DNA of 64,000 nucleotides from Coraliomargaritaceae bacterium. Lineage in GTDB: Bacteria; Verrucomicrobiota; Verrucomicrobiia; Opitutales; Coraliomargaritaceae. Numbering within the stretch: position 1 is the first letter of the stretch; every line of letters begins with the position of its first letter. The notes beneath the pieces were generated by a model. That model saw only the letters and a program-made list of their open reading frames with translations. It did not search any database and had not been told where the DNA came from. Positions 10,899-19,755 of this stretch are shown one piece after another. The stretch spans positions 32,001 to 96,000 of the forward strand of contig CBFHKU010000002.1 of assembly GCA_965656495.1 (NCBI GenBank), read 5' to 3'. A program made the translations under genes and the position numbers.

Positions 10899-12242
10899 GT
10901 GAATAGCCTCGAACCCAGTCAACGCGCCTCCCAAAACCTTCGCTGCTTCACCGCCTTTCGCGCCTTTTTCTCCGCTCGGTTTTACTACCCCGTTTACGCC
11001 CTCCTCTTCCTCGACTTCGGACTCTCCCTCGAGCAATTCGGAATCCTGAATGCCATCTGGGCGCTCACCATCGTCCTTGCTGAAGTCCCTTCCGGTGCCT
11101 TGGCCGACACCATTGGGCGGCGCAAACTCCTCATCACTGCAGGCATCTGCATGGCCGCCGAAATGGGCGTCCTCCTCATTGCCACACCCGGCGGCGGAAA
11201 TCTCGTCTTCTACCTCTTCCTTCTAAACCGTATCATCAGCGGCCTTGCGGAAGCTGCCGCCAGCGGAGCGGATGAAGCCCTCGTCTATGATTCCCTGAAG
11301 GCTGCCGGTCGCGAACTCGAATGGGCGCGCATTCTCGAACAGGTGCAGCGCATGACCTCCATCGCCTTCTTCTTTGCCATGACCCTCGGCGCGGTCGTTT
11401 ACGATCCCAGCTTCGTCAATGCCATCCTCAACGCCATTGGCATCGACGCACAGCTCGCCCAATCACAACTCGTTAAAGCTCCGATTTTCCTGACCTTTCT
11501 CTCCAGCCTCGTCGTCCTCTTCAGTGCATGGCGCATGCATGAGACCTCACAGGCACACAAAGACCTCCGTAAAACTTTGAGCAAAAGCGGAAGTCAAATC
11601 CTCGCGGCGGGCCGCTGGATCACCATCACCCCCCTCGCCTTCGGAGTCGTCCTTTGTATCATGGCGCTCGACAGCGTCATCCGACAATACCTCACCCTCG
11701 CCAGTGAATATTGGAAAACGATTGAATTACCCATCGCCAGTTTTGGACTCATCGGCTCCGGTACCGCAATCCTCGGGATCTTCACCCCCCGCATCGCCCG
11801 CATCCTCTCCGACCGCTACACCCCCGCTCAAAACCTAGGGATCACCAGCGCCCTTGTGCTCGTCGGACTTTCCGGGCTCGCGCTCGTCATTCCAATTTGG
11901 GGCATCGCCCCGGCGGTCCTCCTGCACATTGCCCTGCAGTTCATGTATTACCACGGCAGTCGATATCTCAATGAAATCGCCCCCTCCGAGCAACGCGCCA
12001 CCGTCCTTAGCTTCAAGGGCCTCAGCGTAAATTTAGCCTACGGCGCCACCGCCCTCCTCTATTCCGGACTCATCGCCCTTATAAAAACAAAACAGGGCAA
12101 CGAGGCGACCGCCGTCAACTCCGCCACCGAGGCCACCGTCTTCACCGAATCCCTCATTTGGTTGCCCCTCTATTTTGTCTGCACCCTCGCCCTCGCCATT
12201 ACCCTGCACCGGTTGCGATTTCGCAATAAAAAGCTATTATAA
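10899..12242 (+). CDS. MFS transporter
   Basis: EVPSGALADTIGRRK MFS motif A, SGADEALVYDSL, about 12 TM segments. Confidence 0.9.
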   Translation: MNSLEPSQRASQNLRCFTAFRAFFSARFYYPVYALLFLDFGLSLEQFGILNAIWALTIVLAEVPSGALADTIGRRKLLITAGICMAAEMGVLLIATPGGGNLVFYLFLLNRIISGLAEAAASGADEALVYDSLKAAGRELEWARILEQVQRMTSIAFFFAMTLGAVVYDPSFVNAILNAIGIDAQLAQSQLVKAPIFLTFLSSLVVLFSAWRMHETSQAHKDLRKTLSKSGSQILAAGRWITITPLAFGVVLCIMALDSVIRQYLTLASEYWKTIELPIASFGLIGSGTAILGIFTPRIARILSDRYTPAQNLGITSALVLVGLSGLALVIPIWGIAPAVLLHIALQFMYYHGSRYLNEIAPSEQRATVLSFKGLSVNLAYGATALLYSGLIALIKTKQGNEATAVNSATEATVFTESLIWLPLYFVCTLALAITLHRLRFRNKKLL

Positions 12243-12260
12243 CTTAACTCATCTTTTCTC

Positions 12261-13796
12261 ATGAAACTCGCCTTCATCCTCGGCGACCAGCTCAGCCACG
12301 CCCTTCCGAGCCTCGCCGCCCTCGACCCCGCCACCGATCACATCTGGATGGCGGAGGTAAAAGCGGAGGCCACCGCCGTACGGCACCATAAAAAGAAAAT
12401 CGCCTTTATCTTCTCCGCGATGCGCCACTTTGCCGCCGAACTCGAGCAACGCGGCTTCACCGTTCACTACACCCGCATTGACGACCCCCACAATACCGGT
12501 TCCTTCCGCGCCGAGGCGGAGCGCGCCCTCCAAACCCTCAAGCCCCATACCCTTTACCTCACCGCCCCCAGCGAATACCGCGTCCTCAAAGAAGTCGAAT
12601 CCTGGAACGAAGCCTTTGGTACCCCCACCGAAATCCTCCCCGACGACCGATTCCTCAGCAGCCCCGAAGATTTCGCGCGCTGGGCCGAGGGCCGCAAACA
12701 ATTCCGCATGGAATTCTTCTACCGCGAGATGCGCCGCCGCTATGACATCCTCATGGACGGCGATGACCCCGAGGGCGGCAAATGGAACTACGATCACGAC
12801 AACCGCAAGACCCCGCCCAAAGGCACCGTCATTCCGGAGCCCGCCCGTTTCCCGCCCGACGCCGTCACCCGCCAAGCCCTCGAAGACGTCGCCCGCGAAT
12901 TCCCCGACCATTTCGGTGACCTCCAGCCCTTCCATTACGCCGTCACCCATCAAAACGCCCTCCAGATCCTCAACCATTTCATCGAAGAACGCCTCCCCCG
13001 CTTCGGCGACTATCAGGATGCCATGCTTCAGGACGAACCGTGGATGTATCACAGCCACATCGCCCATTACCTCAACTGCGGCCTCCTCCTGCCCCTGGAC
13101 TGCATCCGTGCCGCCGAAGCCGCCTACCAATCCGGCAACGCCCCCCTCAACGCCGTCGAGGGCTTCATCCGGCAAATCCTCGGCTGGCGCGAATACGTCC
13201 GCGGCATCTACTGGCTCAAAATGCCCGACTACGAAACTGCCAATTTCCTCGAAGCCGACCGCCCCCTCCCCCCGCTTTACTGGGGCGCCCCCACCCGCAT
13301 GAACTGCCTCGCGCAATGCGTCCGCGAAACCCGCGAAAACGCCTACGCCCACCACATCCAACGCCTCATGGTGCTCGGCAACTTCGCCCTCCTGGCCGGC
13401 CTTGACCCCCGCGAAGTCAACGATTGGTTCCACGTCGTCTATGCCGATGCCTATCAATGGGTCGAGCTGCCCAACGTCAGCGGCATGAGCCTCTTCGCCG
13501 ACGGCGGCCTCCTCGCCTCCAAACCCTACAGCTCCAGCGGTGCCTACATCAACAAAATGTCCAATTATTGCCGCGCCTGCCCCTACTCCGTCACCACCAA
13601 AGCCGGCCCCAAAGCCTGCCCCTTCAACTACCTCTATTGGAACTTCCTCCAGCGCAACCGCGAGCGACTCAAAGGCAACCAACGCCTAGCCATGACCTAC
13701 CGCACCCTCGATAAAATGACCCCCGAACGACAAGAGGAAATCCAAAACGACGCCACCCGTTTCCTCCGCGACCTCGACGCCGCCGAACCAGTCTAA
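12261..13796 (+). CDS. FeS-BCP cryptochrome/(6-4) photolyase (PhrB/CryB type)
   Basis: ILGDQL, HHKKKI, GGKWNYDHDNR, EGFIRQILGWREY, HHIQRLMV, YCRACPY...ACPFNYLYW (Fe-S cysteines). Confidence 0.93.
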   Translation: MKLAFILGDQLSHALPSLAALDPATDHIWMAEVKAEATAVRHHKKKIAFIFSAMRHFAAELEQRGFTVHYTRIDDPHNTGSFRAEAERALQTLKPHTLYLTAPSEYRVLKEVESWNEAFGTPTEILPDDRFLSSPEDFARWAEGRKQFRMEFFYREMRRRYDILMDGDDPEGGKWNYDHDNRKTPPKGTVIPEPARFPPDAVTRQALEDVAREFPDHFGDLQPFHYAVTHQNALQILNHFIEERLPRFGDYQDAMLQDEPWMYHSHIAHYLNCGLLLPLDCIRAAEAAYQSGNAPLNAVEGFIRQILGWREYVRGIYWLKMPDYETANFLEADRPLPPLYWGAPTRMNCLAQCVRETRENAYAHHIQRLMVLGNFALLAGLDPREVNDWFHVVYADAYQWVELPNVSGMSLFADGGLLASKPYSSSGAYINKMSNYCRACPYSVTTKAGPKACPFNYLYWNFLQRNRERLKGNQRLAMTYRTLDKMTPERQEEIQNDATRFLRDLDAAEPV

Positions 13797-13809
13797 ACCC
13801 CCGCGCATG

Positions 13810-13831
13810 CAACCCGTCTTCATCGCCCGGC
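13810..13831 (+). repeat. Direct repeat copy 1 (CAACCCGTCTTCATCGCCCGGC)
   Basis: 21/22 identical to 14701-14722; preceded by ATG at 13807 (reads MQPVFIAR). Confidence 0.8.
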
Positions 13832-13860
13832 CCTCACAAGTGCCTGAATAGAAACGGGAC

Positions 13861-13899
13861 TTGATTAGTGAGAAATAAAGGGTATTTTTTCTCACTAAT
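13861..13899 (+). promoter_or_regulatory. Operator/promoter of the AbiE-type TA locus
   Basis: Perfect 12-bp inverted repeat ATTAGTGAGAAA-N12-TTTCTCACTAAT (13864-13899) overlapping TTGATT/TATTTT promoter-like hexamers. Confidence 0.7.
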
Positions 13900-13916
13900 T
13901 GAACCAAGTAATAATC

Positions 13917-14531
13917 ATGCAAGCTATTGATAAAAAGATACTAAGCCGATTCAATGGAAGAGGTAAGGGTCATGTAGGCACACAGAAAGATTTTATTGAT
14001 TTCGGGAGCCGTACTCTAATCGACAATTCCCTCTCCCGCCTAGTCAAAAACGGCAAGCTCAAGCGCATTGCACGGGGACTCTACGAACGCCCACGCACAC
14101 ATCCAGTACTCGGCGAACTCAGCCCCGACTTGGAGAAAGTCGCAGCTGCCATGGCAGGTCGCCAAGGCATCCGCCTGCAACCGACCGGAGCCTACGCCGC
14201 CAACCTCCTACACCTCAGCGAGCAGGTGCCCATGAAAGTCGTCTTCCTTAGCGACGGCGTCAGCAAAACGGCAACGATTGGCAACCAATCCATTGAGCTC
14301 CGCAAAGCCAGCCCCAAGCGCATGCAACTCGCTGGAAAAATCAGCGGCCTCGTTTTCGAAGCCCTTCGCGAGATTGGTAAAGAACACCTTACTGGGCGGC
14401 ATATCAAAACCTTGCAGGACAAACTCACCCCTGAGCAAAAATACAAAGTGCTCAAAGACCTGCGAGAAGCACCCGCATGGATGCACCCCCATATCCGCGA
14501 GATTACAAAGGAGTCGAAGGAGAATGCATAA
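13917..14531 (+). CDS. DUF6088 / AbiEi-like type IV toxin-antitoxin antitoxin (wHTH regulator)
   Basis: KDFIDFGSR..IDNSLSRLVKNGKLKRIARGLYE.P, PTGAYAANLLHLSEQVP, APAWM. Confidence 0.85.
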   Translation: MQAIDKKILSRFNGRGKGHVGTQKDFIDFGSRTLIDNSLSRLVKNGKLKRIARGLYERPRTHPVLGELSPDLEKVAAAMAGRQGIRLQPTGAYAANLLHLSEQVPMKVVFLSDGVSKTATIGNQSIELRKASPKRMQLAGKISGLVFEALREIGKEHLTGRHIKTLQDKLTPEQKYKVLKDLREAPAWMHPHIREITKESKENA

Positions 14532-14659
14532 CTTCCTTGCACTCACAGATTCCGACCGCGCTGCTGCCATTCAGGAAACTGCTGCCCTTCGACGACATTC
14601 TGGCCTCTCTCCAAACCATCGAGCAACAGGCCAACCAGCAGCCTGCTTCTAACTCCTGA
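14524..14659 (+). pseudogene. AbiEii-like nucleotidyltransferase toxin remnant (large internal deletion)
   Basis: ATG overlaps the antitoxin end. MHNFLALTDSDRAAAIQETAA resembles an AbiEii N-terminus and is joined out of frame to LPFDDILASLQTIEQQANQ*, which resembles an AbiEii C-terminus. Confidence 0.7.
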
Positions 14660-14682
14660 ATTCTAGCTTCCAACTGCTTTAC

Positions 14683-15237
14683 ATGACCTCTCAACAGTTT
14701 CAACCCGTCTACATCGCCCGGCTCCCGCCGAAGCTTCCCCGAATCGCCATCGACCTCGGCTACAGCGCCACCCAAGCCTCCTGCGGGATCGCCACCCCTG
14801 AGGGCGAGACCCATTCCCTGCACTTTGGCGACTGCATTCAATGGACCGCCGACACCCTCCGCAAAAACGGCCCCCATATCCTCATCCTCGAAGCAGTCCT
14901 ATCCACCTACCATCAAAGCGACGGCAACCCCCATATCCGCGGCGACTTCGAAAAAGGACGCGGCTGGTATCACGGCCCCGGCGTCAGCACCTACGCCGCC
15001 GCCCAACGTTTCCTCCTCCAGCTCGCACCCCGCCTCCCCGACTTCGGCCCCCTCCCCCTCGTCGAAGGCTTCCTCAGCTATAAACCCGCCAAAACCACGC
15101 ACGCCCACGACGCCCAGCGACTCCTACACGAATTCGACACCGCCGAACAATTCAACCCCTGCCCCGGTTCCGAACCCATCCTGCCCCTCATAAACGGCAT
15201 ACCCGAAATCCGCCGCTATAATAAACCGAAGCGCTAA
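14683..15237 (+). CDS. Hypothetical protein, putative RNase H/RuvC-like fold (DUF429-like) nuclease
   Basis: Acidic residues at strand ends: IAIDLGY, LILEAV, LVEGF, HAHDA; coding-type C-ending codon bias. Confidence 0.55.
   Translation: MTSQQFQPVYIARLPPKLPRIAIDLGYSATQASCGIATPEGETHSLHFGDCIQWTADTLRKNGPHILILEAVLSTYHQSDGNPHIRGDFEKGRGWYHGPGVSTYAAAQRFLLQLAPRLPDFGPLPLVEGFLSYKPAKTTHAHDAQRLLHEFDTAEQFNPCPGSEPILPLINGIPEIRRYNKPKR
14701..14722 (+). repeat. Direct repeat copy 2 (CAACCCGTCTACATCGCCCGGC)
   Basis: Matches 13810-13831; encodes QPVYIAR in the 14683 ORF. Confidence 0.8.
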
Positions 15238-15246
15238 TGCTCCGTG

Positions 15247-15321
<75 letters not shown>

Positions 15322-15714
15322 ATTCAACTGCAGTATGTTCTTGAGACAGCCCTACAGGTCAACTGGAAATATCCTGTCGAATTGTTGTTCACAGTTAGAT
15401 TGTTATACTGAAAAAGCTCAGTAAGTTTATATTCTTAAAGTTATGGTAAGCATGAGAGGGATTACTAAGTCCAATAACTTGAAATCATAAAATTACATTT
15501 TTATATATAGATTCATTCTAATTCCATTAAATAAACATATTTTAATATAAGTATTGACCCACAACTTTCAATTACTCCCATTGCACGCAATTGGTAAAAT
15601 TGCTATTCTGCTTCTAATAAACTTTATAGCAAAGTGCTAGAGGCGCATCACACATTATCACTGCAAAAGCTATTGGGAGCAGCACTAAATGTGATGGCGG
15701 AATTACTCCATTGA

Positions 15715-15939
15715 GCAAATCCGCATCAAAAATGTTACTTATTTCTTAACAAACCCAATCCAAAGGGCAATGGAAGTGCCTATTTAATAGCTGTAGGCGA
15801 TTGCGATTCGACTACACCCACCCTGACTCTCACTACAGTAATAGAATCAGCGATCCTAGTTCTAATCACAGGCATTGTAATTAGAATCTACGCCCTGCAG
15901 CAGCGCACGCGTAAAGTACAAGCTCCCTTTATAAAATAA
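15715..15939 (+). pseudogene. Possible decayed PEP-CTERM gene fragment
   Basis: Start-less open frame ending TLTLTTVIESAILVLITGIVIRIYALQQRTRK, resembling an eroded VPEP-TM-RRR signal, within AT-rich DNA. Confidence 0.35.
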
Positions 15940-15999
15940 GGGTAGAAATGGGATACAATCGATTTTTGCACACACAAGATAGCAATCACCTATCTTGTA

Positions 16000-16674
16000 T
16001 TAGAAAATATGCTTGATGGAAAATTCGTAAACTACCGAAGATGCATCGCCATTGTCCAGAGTCACTCCTTGATATTCAAATTCGGCATCTTCTGCGCCGA
16101 TATACCGTGTCCCTAGCGACAGGCTGGTTGAATCGAATATATAGTAATCTAAACTCACACCAAATTGATATGTAATGACCTTATCATCAGAACTATAATT
16201 ATTGCTTGAGCCTGAATTTGTGTAAAATAATTTTTGATCAATTTGCATAAGACCTATACCACCGCTCAAAGTAAGATTAAAATCATCATTAAGAAGCCAA
16301 TCATAATTTAATTTTAGAGAGAACATGTTGATATCGTACTCTTCTTTTACATAAGTCTCTCCTACGTTAATGGTAGCTTCCAAATAATAGGAATAAAAAA
16401 TGGCTTCGTCGGCATCGGCTATTTCTAAAGAACTGGCCTCGGTCTTTGAATTTGCATATTCAAAACCAAAGCTGAAACCCTCAAAGCCTGTAGTGAAACC
16501 AGCTTCAATTGTAGAAATGCGCGCATCTTTGAGCGAAGTATTTGTTTCCAGGTTTCGATACAATGCCCCATTCGTCTGTGGTGACTGAATACCTTGGGAA
16601 ATTTTTAGATAGTGCTCAGCAAATGAGTATGTAGCGGTAAAAAATACAAGTAAGGGTATAATTTTTCTGTTCAT
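16000..16674 (-). CDS. Outer-membrane beta-barrel protein (8-stranded OMP/opacity-like), AT-rich gene
   Basis: Signal peptide, alternating beta-strand pattern (GGIGL, YQFGVSLDY, LSLGTRY), C-terminal Phe. Confidence 0.8.
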   Translation of the reverse strand: MNRKIIPLLVFFTATYSFAEHYLKISQGIQSPQTNGALYRNLETNTSLKDARISTIEAGFTTGFEGFSFGFEYANSKTEASSLEIADADEAIFYSYYLEATINVGETYVKEEYDINMFSLKLNYDWLLNDDFNLTLSGGIGLMQIDQKLFYTNSGSSNNYSSDDKVITYQFGVSLDYYIFDSTSLSLGTRYIGAEDAEFEYQGVTLDNGDASSVVYEFSIKHIF

Positions 16675-16809
16675 TCTAGCAAAAAGGCCCGAACCCTGTT
16701 TTCAGTCAACAGAAAAAGTGATTTTTGCTTCGTATTATTTAACCATAATAAAAATCATAAAATATAGGGTTATGATAACAATTTATTTTAAGAAATCAGT
16801 ACCTCATCT

Positions 16810-17787
16810 TTAGAAAAATTCTAGTTGATTGTCGCGGTTGAGGGACCAGGCTTCGCGGCCCCGGCGGCGGAGGTCGGCGGCGAGGGAAGCGGTGGATCCG
16901 TGCATAAGATAGGTGGTGCGGGGGTTGACCTGTTCGACGAATTGGAGGAGGTCGGGATAATCGGCGTGATCGGAGAGCGGGAGGACGGTGTCGGTGCGGT
17001 AGCGGTAACGGGCGGATTCCTGCAAGGCCCATCCGCTGATCATGGCGAGGCGGTGCGGGGGAATGTCGGCAGGGATTTGTTTGCGAATGGTGGGGGGCAT
17101 GACCACGACCTGAGCGTCCAGGTTGTCAAAGTCGAGGGGACGGGTCTCGGGCATGGGGATGCCGTGTTGCGTATAGACTTGGTTGAGGGCGCGGATGGTG
17201 CGGTGCGCCATGATGGGCAGCTCCGAGGCTTCGAGAATTTTCAGGACTTCCTGTGCTTTGCCGAGGGAATAGGCGAGGAGGATCGGGACTTGACCGTCGT
17301 CGAGAGTTTCGCGGCAAAAGCTCACGATGCCCGCTTGGATGGTTTCGGTGGGCGGGAAGACAAACTCGGGTCGCCCGAAGGTGGATTCCATCACAAGGGT
17401 ATCGGCGTGCGGGATTTCGATGGGCTCGGCGGCGAGCCCCGGTCGGGTCTTGAAATCGCCGGTATAGAGGAGGGATTCGCCGGATGGGGTTTCGACGCGC
17501 ACCATCGCGGAACCGAGGACATGACCGGCGGGATAAAGTTGAATCGTGAGGGGGCCGTGTTGGTAGGTTTCGCGGTAGTTGAGCGGAATGCCGCGTCGCG
17601 CCACCGCGTCACCGAGGCGGATGCGGATAAAGTCGATGGTGGGCGGGGTCGCAAGAAAGGACTCATGGCGGGCGGTGTGGTCACTGTGCGCGTGGGACAC
17701 GACCGCAAAGGGCTTGGGGCGCCGCGCGTCCATCCAAAGCCCGCAATCGGGCAAATAGAGCCCGCCGCGTTCAACCGGAGTCAACAT
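16810..17787 (-). CDS. MBL/beta-CASP nuclease (ligase-associated DNA damage response exonuclease family)
   Basis: SHAHSDH, PAGHVLGSA, LYTGDFK, MESTFG, AYSLGKAQE, LSDHAD. Confidence 0.88.
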   Translation of the reverse strand: MLTPVERGGLYLPDCGLWMDARRPKPFAVVSHAHSDHTARHESFLATPPTIDFIRIRLGDAVARRGIPLNYRETYQHGPLTIQLYPAGHVLGSAMVRVETPSGESLLYTGDFKTRPGLAAEPIEIPHADTLVMESTFGRPEFVFPPTETIQAGIVSFCRETLDDGQVPILLAYSLGKAQEVLKILEASELPIMAHRTIRALNQVYTQHGIPMPETRPLDFDNLDAQVVVMPPTIRKQIPADIPPHRLAMISGWALQESARYRYRTDTVLPLSDHADYPDLLQFVEQVNPRTTYLMHGSTASLAADLRRRGREAWSLNRDNQLEFF

Positions 17788-17847
17788 AGCTGACAAGATG
17801 CCGCAGTTTTGGAAAACCGCGAGCGCGGGTGGCGTTTTTTGGGCGGG

Positions 17848-19245
17848 TTAAATATGGATGGCTTCGCCAAAGACGGAGGCCGCCGCTTCCATCATCGCTT
17901 CACTCATGGTGGGGTGCGCGTGGATGGTGTTGTGGATCTCGGCAGCAGTGGCTTCGAGCTTCATACCGAGGCCGTATTCCGCGATCATTTCGGTCGCTTC
18001 ACCGCCTACGATGTGGGCGCCGAGGATTTCTCCGTGCTCAGGGTCGACGAGCATTTTAACAAAGCCTTCGGAGGTTCCGGAGGCGACTGCCTTGCCGGAT
18101 GCCATGAAGGGGAATTTGCCCACCTTGTAGTCGATGCCTTCTTCTTTGAGGGCCTTTTCAGTTTTTCCGATGCTGGCGACCTGCGGAACGCAATAGGTAC
18201 AGCCGGGGAAATTCGTGACGCGCTCGGGGGTTCCGTGTCCGAACATACCCTGCACTGCCTGAATGGCTTCGTAGGTGGCAACGTGCGCCAACCAAGGGGG
18301 GCCGATGATATCACCGGCGGCGTAAATCCCGGGGATGGAGGATTCGTAATGATCGTTGACCTGAATGTAGCCGCGATCGGTCGCAAGCTTCACCTTGGAG
18401 GAGAGGAGCTGCTCGGTGTTGGCAACCACCCCGATTGCGATGAGGACGACATCTGCGGTCACTGCTTCGCGGGCCTCCCCTTTCACGAGATCCATTTTTA
18501 CGGATTTACCACTCACTTTGATATTTTCAACGGCGGTGGAAACGCGGCAATCGATGCCTTGTTTTTTGAACTCTTTGCCGACCAAAGCGGCGATGTCCTT
18601 GTCTTCCACCGGGAGGAGTTGATCCTGCATTTCAACGAGGGTGACCTTCGTGCCGAAGGCGTTGAGGAAATAGGCAAATTCCGCTCCGATGGCGCCGGCG
18701 CCCACGATTACGATGGACTTCGGTTGTTCCTTCATCTCGAGCGCCTGACGGGAAGTCATGACGCGTTCGCCATCGACTTCGAGATCCGGCAACTGGCGCG
18801 GTTTACAACCGGTCGTGACGAGAATCTTATCGGAGGAAAGGATGCGGCCCTTGTCGGGTCCATCGACGACCTCAACCATCCCCGGGACGCTGATCTGCCC
18901 GACGCCCTTGACGTAATCGACCTTGTTTTTCTTAAAGAGGAATTCAATGCCCTTTGCCATCGTGTCGGAAACCCCGCGCGAACGCTGGATGATTTTCCCG
19001 AAGTCGTATTTCGCGCCGCTGATGCTGATACCGAAGTCGTCGCAATGCTGGATCTTGTTGAAGAGCTCGGCGCTCTTGAGGAGTGCCTTGGAGGGGATAC
19101 AACCCCAATTGAGGCAGGTGCCCCCGGGGCGTTCCTGTTCGACACAGGCGACTTTTTTGCCGAGTTGCCCGGCGCGGATAGCAGCAGCATAACCGGCGGG
19201 GCCACCACCGATTACAACGAGATCATACTGGGTTTGATTGGACAT
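17848..19245 (-). CDS. lpdA: Dihydrolipoyl dehydrogenase
   Basis: GGGPAGY, GGTCLNWGCIPSK, GAGAIGAE, HAHPTMSEA. Confidence 0.96.
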   Translation of the reverse strand: MSNQTQYDLVVIGGGPAGYAAAIRAGQLGKKVACVEQERPGGTCLNWGCIPSKALLKSAELFNKIQHCDDFGISISGAKYDFGKIIQRSRGVSDTMAKGIEFLFKKNKVDYVKGVGQISVPGMVEVVDGPDKGRILSSDKILVTTGCKPRQLPDLEVDGERVMTSRQALEMKEQPKSIVIVGAGAIGAEFAYFLNAFGTKVTLVEMQDQLLPVEDKDIAALVGKEFKKQGIDCRVSTAVENIKVSGKSVKMDLVKGEAREAVTADVVLIAIGVVANTEQLLSSKVKLATDRGYIQVNDHYESSIPGIYAAGDIIGPPWLAHVATYEAIQAVQGMFGHGTPERVTNFPGCTYCVPQVASIGKTEKALKEEGIDYKVGKFPFMASGKAVASGTSEGFVKMLVDPEHGEILGAHIVGGEATEMIAEYGLGMKLEATAAEIHNTIHAHPTMSEAMMEAAASVFGEAIHI

Positions 19246-19299
19246 AATTTTAGCTTTTAAAGTTTACGGAACACCGGATGAGTCAAACACATATGCGCT

Positions 19300-19746
19300 T
19301 CAGACATCAATGACGTCATCGTCGTCCAAGTCTTTGGAAGACGGGGGGCGACGGTTTTGTGGCGATTTCTTAGGGGACTGGACTCGTAGATTGATACCGG
19401 AGGTACCAAGCCATATTTTAGCAAGGAGCGCGGTAAAACTCACGATGAAGGAACCGGCAAGGGCATTTCCGAAGCCCTCGACATAAAACCCGTCGACGAG
19501 TTCAGCGACACCGAGGAAAAGGAAGGCATTGATGAACCAGATCCCGATCCCGAAGCTCAGGACGATAAGCGGCATGGCGAGCAACATCAGAAGCGGCTTA
19601 ACGAAAGTGCTGCAAAGACTCAGGAGGAGTACTGCAAAGAGGAGCGCCTCGGTATCGCGGTAGGCGATTCCCGGGAAGATCAGGGAGGCGAGCAGGATGC
19701 CGAGGGCGGTGAGGAGCCAACTTTGTATGAATGCCCGAAATTGCAT
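19300..19746 (-). CDS. 4-TM membrane protein, YvlD/phage holin superfamily IV-like
   Basis: FVKPLL.LL..PL.VLSFG....INA, GFYVEGFGNAL.GS; C-terminal DDDDVIDV. Confidence 0.8.
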   Translation of the reverse strand: MQFRAFIQSWLLTALGILLASLIFPGIAYRDTEALLFAVLLLSLCSTFVKPLLMLLAMPLIVLSFGIGIWFINAFLFLGVAELVDGFYVEGFGNALAGSFIVSFTALLAKIWLGTSGINLRVQSPKKSPQNRRPPSSKDLDDDDVIDV

Positions 19747-19755
19747 AATTAGGAA

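Noticed and set aside
12249..13682. Long antisense ORFs (477 aa here; also 16825-17793, 17809-19260, 42472-43698, 53980-55038)
   Set aside because: They mirror well-recognised genes on the other strand, have no recognisable motifs, and are expected from strong codon bias that removes antisense stops.
19300..19746. Prophage signalled by a holin-family gene
   Set aside because: This YvlD-type family is commonly chromosomal; it is embedded in rarA-lpdA with no phage genes nearby.
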